From Patescibacteria group bacterium (lineage in GTDB: Bacteria > Patescibacteriota > Microgenomatia > Levybacterales > UBA12049), in contig BPJB01000001.1 in the NCBI GenBank assembly GCA_026004395.1, positions 327,343-391,342 on the forward strand: 64,000 bases of DNA. Direction: 5' to 3'. Shown piece by piece: positions 47,979-58,071 of the stretch. The stretch's first letter is position 1; each line of letters begins with the position of its first letter. The position numbers were made by a program, and so were the translations under genes. The notes beneath the pieces are model-generated. The model was not told where the DNA came from. It did no database searches and was given only the letters and a program-made list of their open reading frames with translations.

Positions 47979-48584
47979 TTAATTTTCAAAACGTGTAAGA
48001 TTTAACCAATATTTATTTTCAGTAATTCCTCTATCTAATCCATTGAAATCAAAAAAACCAACAGTTTTTTTCAGCTCCTTTTGCGATTTTAAAAATATCA
48101 ATTTATATAAATTATTTTCTCGATACAAAACTGTATCATTATCGCGGTAAATTACTGTTTTTGAATGTAGTTCTTCACTCTTAATAATTTTTGACAACTC
48201 ATGTTCTGCAACAAGAAAATCTATACTGACAAGTTTGGGAGATTTATAGATTAAAAAAGCTTTATCTGTTGGGGATAAAGAAATAGGAATATCAATGATG
48301 GCAAGAGTATTTGCTACTAAATCAGAAGGTATACCTGTTTTGGAAAATATACCTGATCCAGGAGAATAAAAATCGCGAAACTTCCAGAATTTTTGGGTAT
48401 TAAGATAATTGGTATCTTTTATATCAGTTAAAAATTCTTTTCTTAATTTTTCTCTGGCAAATGGTAATGTTAGAGTTGATATTGCTGGAACAAAAATAAG
48501 CGAAGAACAGACAAGAGTGAAGATAATAAAGATATAAATAATTAAATGAGAATAATGAGGATGATCTTTTTGTTTTTTATTCAT
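47979..48584 (-). CDS. Hypothetical protein with an N-terminal membrane anchor
   Basis: 201-aa ORF filling the gap between neighbours; hydrophobic N-terminal segment. Confidence 0.65.
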   Translation of the reverse strand: MNKKQKDHPHYSHLIIYIFIIFTLVCSSLIFVPAISTLTLPFAREKLRKEFLTDIKDTNYLNTQKFWKFRDFYSPGSGIFSKTGIPSDLVANTLAIIDIPISLSPTDKAFLIYKSPKLVSIDFLVAEHELSKIIKSEELHSKTVIYRDNDTVLYRENNLYKLIFLKSQKELKKTVGFFDFNGLDRGITENKYWLNLTRFEN

Positions 48585-48606
48585 TCTTCTTCTATACTAT
48601 CAATAC

Positions 48607-50295
48607 ATGCAAAGCAAAAAAGAACTTTTTTTTATTTTTTGTATTTTTTTATCTTCAATTATTTTTGTCTTTGATCTGTTCCTGCATCAGGGTTTGCCGC
48701 AAACATTCGATAATCTTGCTCATGCTACTTCAATTACTCAATTTTTTTTGGCTTTGAAAGATGGCGATTTTCCTGTACGCTGGTCTGATGGCATCGGTAA
48801 TTATGGTCTTCCTCTTCCCATTGTAGCACATCAAGTTCCTAATTATCTGGGAGCGTTTCTGATGTATTTTTTAAATGATCCTGAGATAGTATTAAAGATA
48901 CTTTACTTCTTATCTATATTTCTATCAGGATTTTTCTTTTATCTATTTCTTAAATATTATTTCCCCCCGTTGTATGCTTTTTGTGGTACATTTTTTTATA
49001 TTTTTTCCTCTTACAAAATATTCAATACCTATGTCAGAGGTGCTCTACCTGAGTTATTCTCAGCAATTTGGTTGCCCATAATTCTTCTGGGTATACTGCT
49101 TTTTGTGAAAGAGAAGCAATTTAAAGGATTGTTATTAATCACAATGAGTGTTGCCAACCTTGCTTTGACTCATCCAATGATGCTTCTTATCTACTCATTT
49201 ATTTATTTGCCTTTTTTGTTTTGGATGCTAATATCTTCGCGAGATAAAAAAAATAATTTTTTACATTTATTGGTTCAAAGAAGTACTATTGCATGTATTG
49301 GAGGGATCATGTTAGCCCTTTTAATCGCAGGATATTATCTCATCCCTCTTGTTTTAGAGATAAAGTATTTTTATCTTGGTAATTCTCAACCGTTTACCCC
49401 TGGCAATTATCTTACTTGGGATAGCTTTTTTGGAATGCAATGGCCCTACTTTACCGAAAAAGATATTGTAACTCGTGGACATGTTGTAAATGTTGGTATT
49501 TTGGAAACATTAGTTTTTATTATGGGAATATTTTTATTCTTTCATTCAATAAAAAATAAAAAAAACAATGATCAACTCGGTATTTTATTTTTTGCCATCC
49601 TTAATGGACTGTTAGTGATTATTTTGATGTTGCCTTTTGCTGAAAATATTTTTTACTCTGTTAAAATATTGGGAAGTGTTCAGTTTCAGTGGAGATTTCT
49701 TTCAGCCTTTAATTTTTTCCCTCCAATTATTCTCGCATATGCTCTGACAAGATTAAATAAACAGTTTTTTGTAATTTTGGTAATTCTTACTATTGCATTT
49801 TTCTCTTTTCCGCAACTTTATGGGAAGAATTATATGCAAGTAGACAAAAAAAATTATTTTTTTACTCCTATCAATGTACATTCTGTACTCTTGAATACAA
49901 TCTGGTCAGGCAGGACAGAAGATTATCCTCTAAAAAAACAAAAAGCAGAAGTAATAGAAGGAGTTGGAAAAATAAAAGAAAAAAAGGAATCGAACTCTCA
50001 AAGAACATATTTAGTTGATGCTCAGACACCATTGAGGATGGTAGATTATACTTTTTATTTCCCCGGATGGAATGTATATATTGACGGCAAAAAAACCCCA
50101 ATTGAATTTCAAGACCCATCTTTTAGAGGAGTTATAACTTATCAGGTACCTTACGGAGAGCACTTGATTCATATTAAGTTTGAAAATACAAAAATTCGTC
50201 TCTTAGGAAATAGTCTTTCACTTTTGGGAATTGGATTGTTTGTGCTTGCTATTTTTTGTCAGAAAAGTGTTAAGAAATTTCTTAAGGTTTGTTAA
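48607..50295 (+). CDS. GT-C membrane protein (PTPS-related/YfhO-like family)
   Basis: TFD..H, FPVRW, YVRG, QFQWRF and YFPGW motifs. Confidence 0.82.
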   Translation: MQSKKELFFIFCIFLSSIIFVFDLFLHQGLPQTFDNLAHATSITQFFLALKDGDFPVRWSDGIGNYGLPLPIVAHQVPNYLGAFLMYFLNDPEIVLKILYFLSIFLSGFFFYLFLKYYFPPLYAFCGTFFYIFSSYKIFNTYVRGALPELFSAIWLPIILLGILLFVKEKQFKGLLLITMSVANLALTHPMMLLIYSFIYLPFLFWMLISSRDKKNNFLHLLVQRSTIACIGGIMLALLIAGYYLIPLVLEIKYFYLGNSQPFTPGNYLTWDSFFGMQWPYFTEKDIVTRGHVVNVGILETLVFIMGIFLFFHSIKNKKNNDQLGILFFAILNGLLVIILMLPFAENIFYSVKILGSVQFQWRFLSAFNFFPPIILAYALTRLNKQFFVILVILTIAFFSFPQLYGKNYMQVDKKNYFFTPINVHSVLLNTIWSGRTEDYPLKKQKAEVIEGVGKIKEKKESNSQRTYLVDAQTPLRMVDYTFYFPGWNVYIDGKKTPIEFQDPSFRGVITYQVPYGEHLIHIKFENTKIRLLGNSLSLLGIGLFVLAIFCQKSVKKFLKVC

Positions 50296-50348
50296 TTTTA
50301 AAGTTATGTGGCTGAACATTTATTTTCTTGTTATAATAAAACCTCATA

Positions 50349-51065
50349 ATGAAATTATCAATCATCATTCCTGTATTTAATGAAGAAAAAACAATTGCGG
50401 CTGTAATCAAGAAAGTTTTAGCAGTTCAACTGGACAATGCTGACAAAGAAATAATAGTCGTTGATGATTGTTCTTCTGATAGGACAGGAGAGATATTAAA
50501 CAATCTTCGTCAAATTTATAAAGATCTTAAGATTTATACACATAAAAAAAATAAGGGTAAAGGTGCAGCTTTAAGAACAGGCTTCGCTTATGCGACCGGT
50601 GATTATTGTATTATTCAGGATGCTGATCTGGAATATGATCCAATGCAGATTGGATCTCTTTTCAAACCGATTGTAGAAGGTGAAGCCCAAGTAGTTTATG
50701 GAACACGTTTAAAAAGATTGCCTCACTTGCGGGGTGAGGAATCAACGCCGCGTTTTCTTCTCCATTATTTTGGCAATCGATTCTTAAGTTTGATAACCAG
50801 TATGCTCTATTTTCAATGGATTACTGACATGGAGACGTGTTATAAAATTTTCCCTCGTAAGTTTATTCAGAGAGTTAATTTAAAAGGAGAAGGTTTTGAA
50901 TTTGAACCTGAGATTACTGCAAAATTGATTAAGCATGGATATAAAATAAAAGAGATTCCTATTACTACCACACCTCGAGGTTATAACGAGGGTAAAAAAC
51001 TTCAAACATTTCCTGAGGGAATAAAAGCTTTTTGGACTTTGATTAAATATCGTTTTGTTGATTGA
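50349..51065 (+). CDS. GT2 polyprenyl-phosphate glycosyltransferase (DPM synthase-like)
   Basis: IPVFNEE, VDDCS.D, NKGKG, QDADLEYDP, TDMETCYK and FEPEIT motifs. Confidence 0.92.
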   Translation: MKLSIIIPVFNEEKTIAAVIKKVLAVQLDNADKEIIVVDDCSSDRTGEILNNLRQIYKDLKIYTHKKNKGKGAALRTGFAYATGDYCIIQDADLEYDPMQIGSLFKPIVEGEAQVVYGTRLKRLPHLRGEESTPRFLLHYFGNRFLSLITSMLYFQWITDMETCYKIFPRKFIQRVNLKGEGFEFEPEITAKLIKHGYKIKEIPITTTPRGYNEGKKLQTFPEGIKAFWTLIKYRFVD

Positions 51066-51074
51066 CAAAAGGTT

Positions 51075-52739
51075 ATGTTAAATAAATTGATACGTAATAC
51101 CGCACTTATCCTCGTTTTTCTTACTTTTGTTGGTGGATTATTGAGAGTCTATAAAATAGGAGAAATTCCTGTGGGATTTCACGCGGATGAAGCCTACTTT
51201 GGCTATAACGCATACTCTCTATTGAGAACAGGAAGAGATATTACAGGACATTTTATACCTATTCACCTGGAATCATTTCTTTATAGTCCGGGGGGGTATT
51301 CGTATCTGATTATTCCATTTCTCGTTTTTTTTGATTTAAGTCCAGTTGCAGTTAGACTTCCAGCTGCAATAATTGGTACAGCAACAATAATTCTGACATT
51401 TTTTTTAGTACGCATGATTTTTTCTCAAGAAAAATACAGTGTGCTGGTCGCATTAATCACCACTTTTCTTCTCACTATTAGTCCTTGGCATATTAATCTC
51501 TCTCGTGCTTCAGCTGAAAATGTCATTGTAGTATTCCTTATAATTCTAAGTGTGTTTTTGTATTTGAAATGGGTTGAGAATCAACGATTTTTTATTCTTT
51601 TGTTTTCCTTTATTTTTTTTGCAAGCACGTATCTTTTTTATCAAGCTCCGCGTGCTTTCCTCCCTCTTTTTATTCCTTTTTTAGTATTGTTCTTTTCTCG
51701 TCAATTGAAGCCAAAGAAATATTTTTTGATAGGCATTCTATATTTATTTTTCATAGTCTTGCCGCTAGTCATTATTGTCACCTCTGATACCCTATCCTAT
51801 AGATTAAGGATGTTGTCCGTATTTAGTTATCCGAAAACTCAAGCATTAATTGATGAGGCAATAGTAGAGGATGGTTTATCATCTCAGCCTGTTATCTTGA
51901 CACGCGTATTTCATAACAAGATTGTTGGTTATACTTCAGAGATATTTGATACTTATATGCAACATTTATCTTACGGTTTTTTATTTAAAGATGAAGGTTT
52001 GCCAGCGCGTTATCGTGTGCCAAATATGGGATTACTTTATTTATTTGAGCTTCCTTTAATTGTTGTTGGATTGTACTCTATAGTACGATTGCGCAGTAGG
52101 GGTGGATTGTTATGTATTGTGTGGGTTCTTTTGGGATTTGTTGGGTCTGCTTTAACATATGATGATGTTCCCAATCTTCAGAGGACTCTTCTTGTTTTGC
52201 CTGCACTTCAAGTTGTGGGTGGATTTGGCGCTGTGACACTTTTTAAAAATTTACCTTCAAAGGTGATTCCGATTGTGGTTTTAGTGAGCATTATCATAGT
52301 GCTTTATTTTGTTTCCTATTATCTTCATCAATATTTTATCCATCAGATTATTCATAAGCCAATTTATCGTCAGGAGGGGTATAAAGAGTTGGTCAGAGTG
52401 GTAAATAAATTGCTCCCTCAATATCAATATGCAATGATAACAACTCGTCAGGCATCTCCTCTAATTTTTTTTCTTTTTTATTCTCAGTATGATCCAGCAA
52501 AATTCCAACAAGAGATTAAAAAAGAAAAGCACAATTTCCTTATTGAGGATTTTGGAAAAGTAAGCATAGATAAATATAGATTTTTTACAGATGCGTGTTT
52601 TGATAAAGACAAATTAAAAGAATCGATTTTATATGTTGATCTTGGATCTTGCGATGTTCCTTATTCTCAAGTACATGTTCTAAAAGAAATTAAAAGAGGT
52701 GATGCAAGTATAGTATTCAGGGTGTATGATAAAAAATAA
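51075..52739 (+). CDS. GT-C glycosyltransferase (PMT_2/ArnT-like)
   Basis: HADEAYFGYNAYSLLRTGRD, VRLP and SPWHINLSR motifs. Confidence 0.85.
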   Translation: MLNKLIRNTALILVFLTFVGGLLRVYKIGEIPVGFHADEAYFGYNAYSLLRTGRDITGHFIPIHLESFLYSPGGYSYLIIPFLVFFDLSPVAVRLPAAIIGTATIILTFFLVRMIFSQEKYSVLVALITTFLLTISPWHINLSRASAENVIVVFLIILSVFLYLKWVENQRFFILLFSFIFFASTYLFYQAPRAFLPLFIPFLVLFFSRQLKPKKYFLIGILYLFFIVLPLVIIVTSDTLSYRLRMLSVFSYPKTQALIDEAIVEDGLSSQPVILTRVFHNKIVGYTSEIFDTYMQHLSYGFLFKDEGLPARYRVPNMGLLYLFELPLIVVGLYSIVRLRSRGGLLCIVWVLLGFVGSALTYDDVPNLQRTLLVLPALQVVGGFGAVTLFKNLPSKVIPIVVLVSIIIVLYFVSYYLHQYFIHQIIHKPIYRQEGYKELVRVVNKLLPQYQYAMITTRQASPLIFFLFYSQYDPAKFQQEIKKEKHNFLIEDFGKVSIDKYRFFTDACFDKDKLKESILYVDLGSCDVPYSQVHVLKEIKRGDASIVFRVYDKK

Positions 52740-52745
52740 GATGAA

Positions 52746-53669
52746 GTGATTATGGAAAAAGTGATAATTTCAATTATTGATTATAATGGACGTGACGATA
52801 CAATTGCCTGTCTTCGCTCTATTGAAAAATTAGTTACGGAAAATTTCTTCTTTGAGGTAGTTGTCATTGATAATTATCCTCAAGGGTTCTTTTCTTTGGG
52901 AGATGAGAAGTTTGATATTCCAATTACGATAATTAAGACTCCCAAAGCTTTGGGATTTGCTGGAGGACAGAATAAAGGCATAGAGTATGCTTTGGAACAG
53001 AACGCAGATTATGTTCTTGTATTAAATAATGATACGCTTGTAGATAAAAATCTTTTGCGTGAGTTAGTGAGAGCTAGCAGGGAGGATAAAAAACGCGGTG
53101 CAATTGTTCCTAAAATTTATTTTGCAAAAGGTCATGAATTCCACAAAGATCGTTATACAAAAGATGAATTAGGACGGATCATCTGGTATGCAGGTGGCAG
53201 AATGGACTGGAACAATATTTATGGTATTCATATTGGAGTTGATGAAGTAGATCATGGACAGTATGACCATGAATCAGAAACAGAGCTTTTGACAGGATGT
53301 TGCGTACTATTAACAAAAGATGTTTTGAATAAAGTAAAAGGATTTGATAACAGATATTTTTTGTATTATGAAGATGCTGACCTTAATGAAAGGATAAAGA
53401 AAGCTGGTTTTCTCATTTGGTATAGGCCAAGTGCACTACTTTGGCATGTAAATGCAGCATCAACAGGAGGATCAGGATCTCCAACTCAGGATTATTATAT
53501 TAGCCGCAATAGACTCTTATTTGGTATGAAGTATGCTAGTTTAAGGACAAAAATCGCATTGATAAGAGAAAGTTTGCGTATTCTTAGATCAGGGAGGGAA
53601 TGGCAAAAAAAGGGAGTAATTGATTTTTATCTTAGACGGCTTAAAAATGGGAGGCTTTATAATGATTAA
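52746..53669 (+). CDS. GT2 glycosyltransferase (WbbL/rhamnosyltransferase-like)
   Basis: GFAGGQN.GI, LNND, TGCC, FLYYED.D and YY..RNRL motifs. Confidence 0.88.
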   Translation: MIMEKVIISIIDYNGRDDTIACLRSIEKLVTENFFFEVVVIDNYPQGFFSLGDEKFDIPITIIKTPKALGFAGGQNKGIEYALEQNADYVLVLNNDTLVDKNLLRELVRASREDKKRGAIVPKIYFAKGHEFHKDRYTKDELGRIIWYAGGRMDWNNIYGIHIGVDEVDHGQYDHESETELLTGCCVLLTKDVLNKVKGFDNRYFLYYEDADLNERIKKAGFLIWYRPSALLWHVNAASTGGSGSPTQDYYISRNRLLFGMKYASLRTKIALIRESLRILRSGREWQKKGVIDFYLRRLKNGRLYND

Positions 53670-54411
53670 GCTGACAGGTATAGTCATAGCCAAGAATGAA
53701 GAAGAGATGATTGGAGAATGCCTTGATTCTCTTGCTTTTTGCGATCAAATAATTGTTGTGGATAACGCTTCATCTGATGGAACAAAAAAAATTGCCAAGC
53801 AAAAAGGGGCAAAAGTTATTAGTACAGAAATTAACAGTTTTTCTGAACTTAGGAATTTGGGTTTGGCAAAGGCACGATCAGAATATGTTCTTTACATAGA
53901 TGCAGATGAGCGTGTATCAGATGCACTGTATAATGAGATTTTATCCATTGTTTATAAGAATGATAAAAAAATAAGCGCGTATCGTATTCCTAGAAAAAAT
54001 TATTATTTTGGAGATCACCCTTGGCCGTATATAGAAAAACTGGAAAGGTTGTTTCGTAAAAAGAGCCTCAAAGGATGGTTGGGTGTGTTGCATGAAACAC
54101 CTCAGGTAATTGGTGAAGTAGGAGAGTTAGAGTCTCCAATTCTCCATTATACTCATCGTAATCTAGAAGAAATGGTCAATAAAACCAATGTTTGGTCTGA
54201 TGTTGAGGCTAGGCTTCGATTTGAACAACATCATCCCAAAATGACTTGGTGGAGATTTCCTAGAGTGATGTTTACTGCATTTTGGGATTCATTTGTTAAA
54301 CAAAAAGGTTTCCAAGCAGGTACAATAGGTTTACTCGAGAGCGTATATCAGGCATACAGTATGTTTATTACCTACGCGAAGCTTTGGGAGTTGCAAGAGA
54401 TAAAACAATAG
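53662..54411 (+). CDS. GT2 glycosyltransferase (WaaE/KdtX-like)
   Basis: IAKNEE, RNLGL, YIDADE, RLF and LHE motifs. Confidence 0.9.
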   Translation: MIKLTGIVIAKNEEEMIGECLDSLAFCDQIIVVDNASSDGTKKIAKQKGAKVISTEINSFSELRNLGLAKARSEYVLYIDADERVSDALYNEILSIVYKNDKKISAYRIPRKNYYFGDHPWPYIEKLERLFRKKSLKGWLGVLHETPQVIGEVGELESPILHYTHRNLEEMVNKTNVWSDVEARLRFEQHHPKMTWWRFPRVMFTAFWDSFVKQKGFQAGTIGLLESVYQAYSMFITYAKLWELQEIKQ

Positions 54412-54651
54412 CTATTTTTTGAGCATTCTAAACCAGTCACTAATTTGATCAACAGTAAGTTTATTCTTGGCAAAGCGCAAAAGGAAAATAATCTCTAAAA
54501 CACCCAAAGTATTAAGAATAAGCATAGCAATAAACCAATATTTTTGTTCTCCTTGTGCTGCTCTCCATAAAGCCAATCCTTTCCAAAGGATAGCCCATAA
54601 GAAGATAAAATAAAATATAAAAGGTGGTATATTGCCAATAGATGGGTTCAT
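54412..54651 (-). CDS. DUF5652-type small membrane protein
   Basis: WKGLALWRAA..QKYWFIA.L.LNTLG.LEII pattern. Confidence 0.8.
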   Translation of the reverse strand: MNPSIGNIPPFIFYFIFLWAILWKGLALWRAAQGEQKYWFIAMLILNTLGVLEIIFLLRFAKNKLTVDQISDWFRMLKK

Positions 54652-54706
54652 TTTCTATATCTTAACATACATTTTGATAAATAGCAAAAATTGCTACAAT
54701 AAAAGA

Positions 54707-55780
54707 GTGAAAATTGGAATTTTTTCTCCATATCTTGATACTATGTCTGGAGGTGAGAAATATATGCTGACGCTTGCAGATTGCCTCTCTCCTGAGCATG
54801 AGGTAACGATTTTCTGGGACAAAGATAAAGAAAAAGACATTAGAGAAAAAGCCAAACACAGATTCAATTTCGATTTAGCTAATATAACATTCACATCTTC
54901 GATTTTTAGCAGCAGTATATCTTTTTTTGAGAGATTTTGGGAAAGTAAGAAATATGATCTGATCTTTTTTTTGAGTGATGGTAGTATTCCTTTTCTTGCA
55001 TGTCCGGTTATTCTCCATTTTCAATCTCCTGTTGAGTGGGTAAAAGTATCCTTAAAGACAAGAATAAAGATGTCTTTCATCCATGAAGTAATTTGCAACT
55101 CATTTTTTACCAAGTATTATATTGATCGCAAATTTCATCTACAAAGTAAGGTTGTCTATCCACCTGTAGATTTTTCTGCTGCCAAAAAAAATCTTAAAAA
55201 AGAAAAAATTATTCTTAATGTAGGCCGTTTTGGGATAAACCATGCAGGATCTAGTTTTAAAAAACAAGATATTCTTGCCGAAGCATTTGCTGATCTCATA
55301 GAAAACGGCATAAATAATTGGAAGCTTGTTTTTGTTGTGAGTTTGAGAGATGAAGATAAAAAGAGTTTTAATTCTTTTCAGAAAAGATACAACTTTCTTC
55401 CTATAAAATATGTTATCAATCCTTCCAGTGAAGAACTTTGGGAGTATTATTCTAAAGCAAGTATCTATTGGCATGCGTCAGGATATGGTGAGAATTTGGA
55501 TGAACATCCGGACCGCGCAGAACATTTTGGGATCTCAACAGTTGAAGCTATGGGATCGGGTGCAGTACCTTTAGTGTATAATGCAGGCGGGCAAAAAGAA
55601 ATTGTCACCCACCAACATACAGGATTTTTGTGGAATTCTACCCAAGAGTTAATTGCCTATACCCAAAATCTTATATCAGAACCAACTCAATTAGCAGATC
55701 TTTCTCAGGCAGCAAAACAAGCAGCATATAAATATCAAAAGGAAGAGTTTTGTAAAAATATCAAAAGTATTCTTCCATGA
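54707..55780 (+). CDS. GT4 glycosyltransferase
   Basis: GGEKY, CNS.FT, YPPV, VGRF, KKQD and EHFGISTVEAM motifs; TGCTACAAT 6 nt before GTG 54707. Confidence 0.92.
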   Translation: MKIGIFSPYLDTMSGGEKYMLTLADCLSPEHEVTIFWDKDKEKDIREKAKHRFNFDLANITFTSSIFSSSISFFERFWESKKYDLIFFLSDGSIPFLACPVILHFQSPVEWVKVSLKTRIKMSFIHEVICNSFFTKYYIDRKFHLQSKVVYPPVDFSAAKKNLKKEKIILNVGRFGINHAGSSFKKQDILAEAFADLIENGINNWKLVFVVSLRDEDKKSFNSFQKRYNFLPIKYVINPSSEELWEYYSKASIYWHASGYGENLDEHPDRAEHFGISTVEAMGSGAVPLVYNAGGQKEIVTHQHTGFLWNSTQELIAYTQNLISEPTQLADLSQAAKQAAYKYQKEEFCKNIKSILP

Positions 55781-58068
55781 AACAAAAATATCTTGCGCTA
55801 CTCATAGTTTTTATTGTTTCTCTATTCTTTTATCCTTTGTTTTTTCAAGGAAAGCTTCCTGTGCCTGCTGATACTATTGTTGGACTTTACCATCCTTTTA
55901 GAGACCTTTACTCTGGGGAGTATCCTAATGGTATTCCCTTTAAGAATTTTTTAATAACAGATCCTGTTCGACAGCAGATTCCTTGGAGATTTATTAGTTT
56001 GGAGATAATTAAAGAGAAAGAATTGCCACTTTGGAATCCTTACGCATTTTCAGGCTATCCACTGCTTGGTAATTTTCAGTCTGCGGTATTTAATCCTCTA
56101 AATATTTTTATTCTTTTGCTGCCGTTTTGGTTAGGATGGACTATTATTGTTTTGCTTCAGCCAATTCTTGCCGCCTTGTTTATGTTTTATTATCTTGCTT
56201 ATCTTCGGTTGACAAAAATAGCATCTTTTTTAGGAGGAGTGACGTTTGCTTTTAGTGGTTTTATGATTGCCTGGCTTGAGTGGGGGACACTGGGATATGT
56301 GATAGCATTTGTCCCTCTGATTTTATTGTCATTGGAGCAACTTATTAGGCAATGGACAAGAAGATGGGCTGTTGTTTTCACTCTTTCAGCTATGATACAA
56401 CTATTTTCCGGTCACCTGCAGGTGTGGTTTTATACATTTATTTTAATCAATCTCTATCTTCTTTTCCGTTTATATTTTTCTCTAAAAGAGCAACGGGAGA
56501 AAATCACATTTTTGTCTTTTCTAAACGCATATAAGTCCTTTCTTTTGCTTATAATTTTTGTTTTAGCAGCGACATCTATTCAATGGATACCAAGTTTAAT
56601 ATTAATTCTTCAAAGCGGTAGAGATGCAGATCAGGTATTCTGGCAAAATCAAGGCTGGTTTATCCCCTGGCAACATTTGATTCAGTTTGTTGTACCCGAT
56701 TTCTTTGGTAATCCAACAACACTTAACTATTGGGGTGTTTGGAATTATGCAGAGTTTGTAGGATATATTGGTCTTGCTCAATTGATTTTTGCGACTACTG
56801 CGATAATCAATCTTATCAGAAAAAATTATTATGTATCGTTTTTTGCGGGTGTTGTTATATTTTCACTAATTTTTTCTCTTCCTACGCCTCTTGCTGTTAT
56901 TCCATTTACTCTTGATATTCCCTTACTTTCAACATCCCAACCAACAAGACTTCTTTCTTTAATAGACTTATCTTTAGCTATTTTAAGTGCTTTCGGATTT
57001 AATTTGCTAATTGAGAAAAAACAAAAAAAAATTATTACCTCTTTTATATTGACTGGTTTAATTTTGGCATTTCTTTGGTTATTTGTGAATCAATTAATTT
57101 TTAAATTAATAAATATTGATAAAGTAAATCTTTTGGTTGCAAAGAGAAATCTTATTTTCCCAACAGTTATTTTCCTATCGGTGTCTTTTGCGTTTGTTTT
57201 ATTAAATTCAGTAAAAAGATCCTTGATTAGAAATATAGTGATTTTGGGAATTATAATAATTTCTTTGTTTGATTTATTTCGATTCTTTCACAAATTTACT
57301 TCCTTTTCTCCGAAGAATTATCTTTTCCCAACTACCAAAACAATTTCTTTTTTGCAAAATAATCTGCAATATCAGAGATTTATGACTGTAGATGATCGCA
57401 TACTTCCTCCAAATTTTTCAATTTTTTATAAACTGGAAAGTGTTAACGGTTACGATCCGCTATATTTAAGACGATATGCAGAATATATAGCGGCAAGTGA
57501 AAGGGCAAAACCTGATATTTCACCTCCATGGGGATTTAATCGTATCATTACTCCCAAAAGATTTGATTCTCGACTTATTGATATGCTGGGTACAAAATAT
57601 ATTTTGTCTCTTGTGGATCTTAATTCACCCAAAATAAAAAAAATCTTTACAGAAGGAGAGACAAGAGTCTATGAAAATAAAGCAGCGCTACCCAGAGTGA
57701 TACTCGTCAACGATCTTTTTATTGTTCCTACAAAACAAAAGGCTATTGAAAAATTATTTGAGCCATCTTTTAATCCGCAAACCCAAGCAGTAGGTGAATT
57801 TCCTAGTGAGAAACAATCACTAAAAAAACAATATGCTTCAGGAAGTGCAACAATTCTTTATTACTCACCAACAAAAATTATAATAAAGACAGTTCTTAGA
57901 GATGAAGGATTTCTTGTGCTATTTGATCCCTACTATCCAACATGGAGAGTTTTCATTTGTTCTAGTTCGTGTACACAGACTGAGATGATCAGAACAAACT
58001 TTCTTTTTAGAGGGGTTGTTGTTCCGGGTGGTGAGCATACTATAGAATTTAGAAATAATATTTTTTAA
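55777..58068 (+). CDS. YfhO family GT-C membrane protein
   Basis: DPVRQ..PW, PLWNPY.FSG.P, GHLQ, GYDPL, YENK.ALPR and YYPTW motifs. Confidence 0.85.
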   Translation: MKQKYLALLIVFIVSLFFYPLFFQGKLPVPADTIVGLYHPFRDLYSGEYPNGIPFKNFLITDPVRQQIPWRFISLEIIKEKELPLWNPYAFSGYPLLGNFQSAVFNPLNIFILLLPFWLGWTIIVLLQPILAALFMFYYLAYLRLTKIASFLGGVTFAFSGFMIAWLEWGTLGYVIAFVPLILLSLEQLIRQWTRRWAVVFTLSAMIQLFSGHLQVWFYTFILINLYLLFRLYFSLKEQREKITFLSFLNAYKSFLLLIIFVLAATSIQWIPSLILILQSGRDADQVFWQNQGWFIPWQHLIQFVVPDFFGNPTTLNYWGVWNYAEFVGYIGLAQLIFATTAIINLIRKNYYVSFFAGVVIFSLIFSLPTPLAVIPFTLDIPLLSTSQPTRLLSLIDLSLAILSAFGFNLLIEKKQKKIITSFILTGLILAFLWLFVNQLIFKLINIDKVNLLVAKRNLIFPTVIFLSVSFAFVLLNSVKRSLIRNIVILGIIIISLFDLFRFFHKFTSFSPKNYLFPTTKTISFLQNNLQYQRFMTVDDRILPPNFSIFYKLESVNGYDPLYLRRYAEYIAASERAKPDISPPWGFNRIITPKRFDSRLIDMLGTKYILSLVDLNSPKIKKIFTEGETRVYENKAALPRVILVNDLFIVPTKQKAIEKLFEPSFNPQTQAVGEFPSEKQSLKKQYASGSATILYYSPTKIIIKTVLRDEGFLVLFDPYYPTWRVFICSSSCTQTEMIRTNFLFRGVVVPGGEHTIEFRNNIF

Positions 58069-58071
58069 TTT

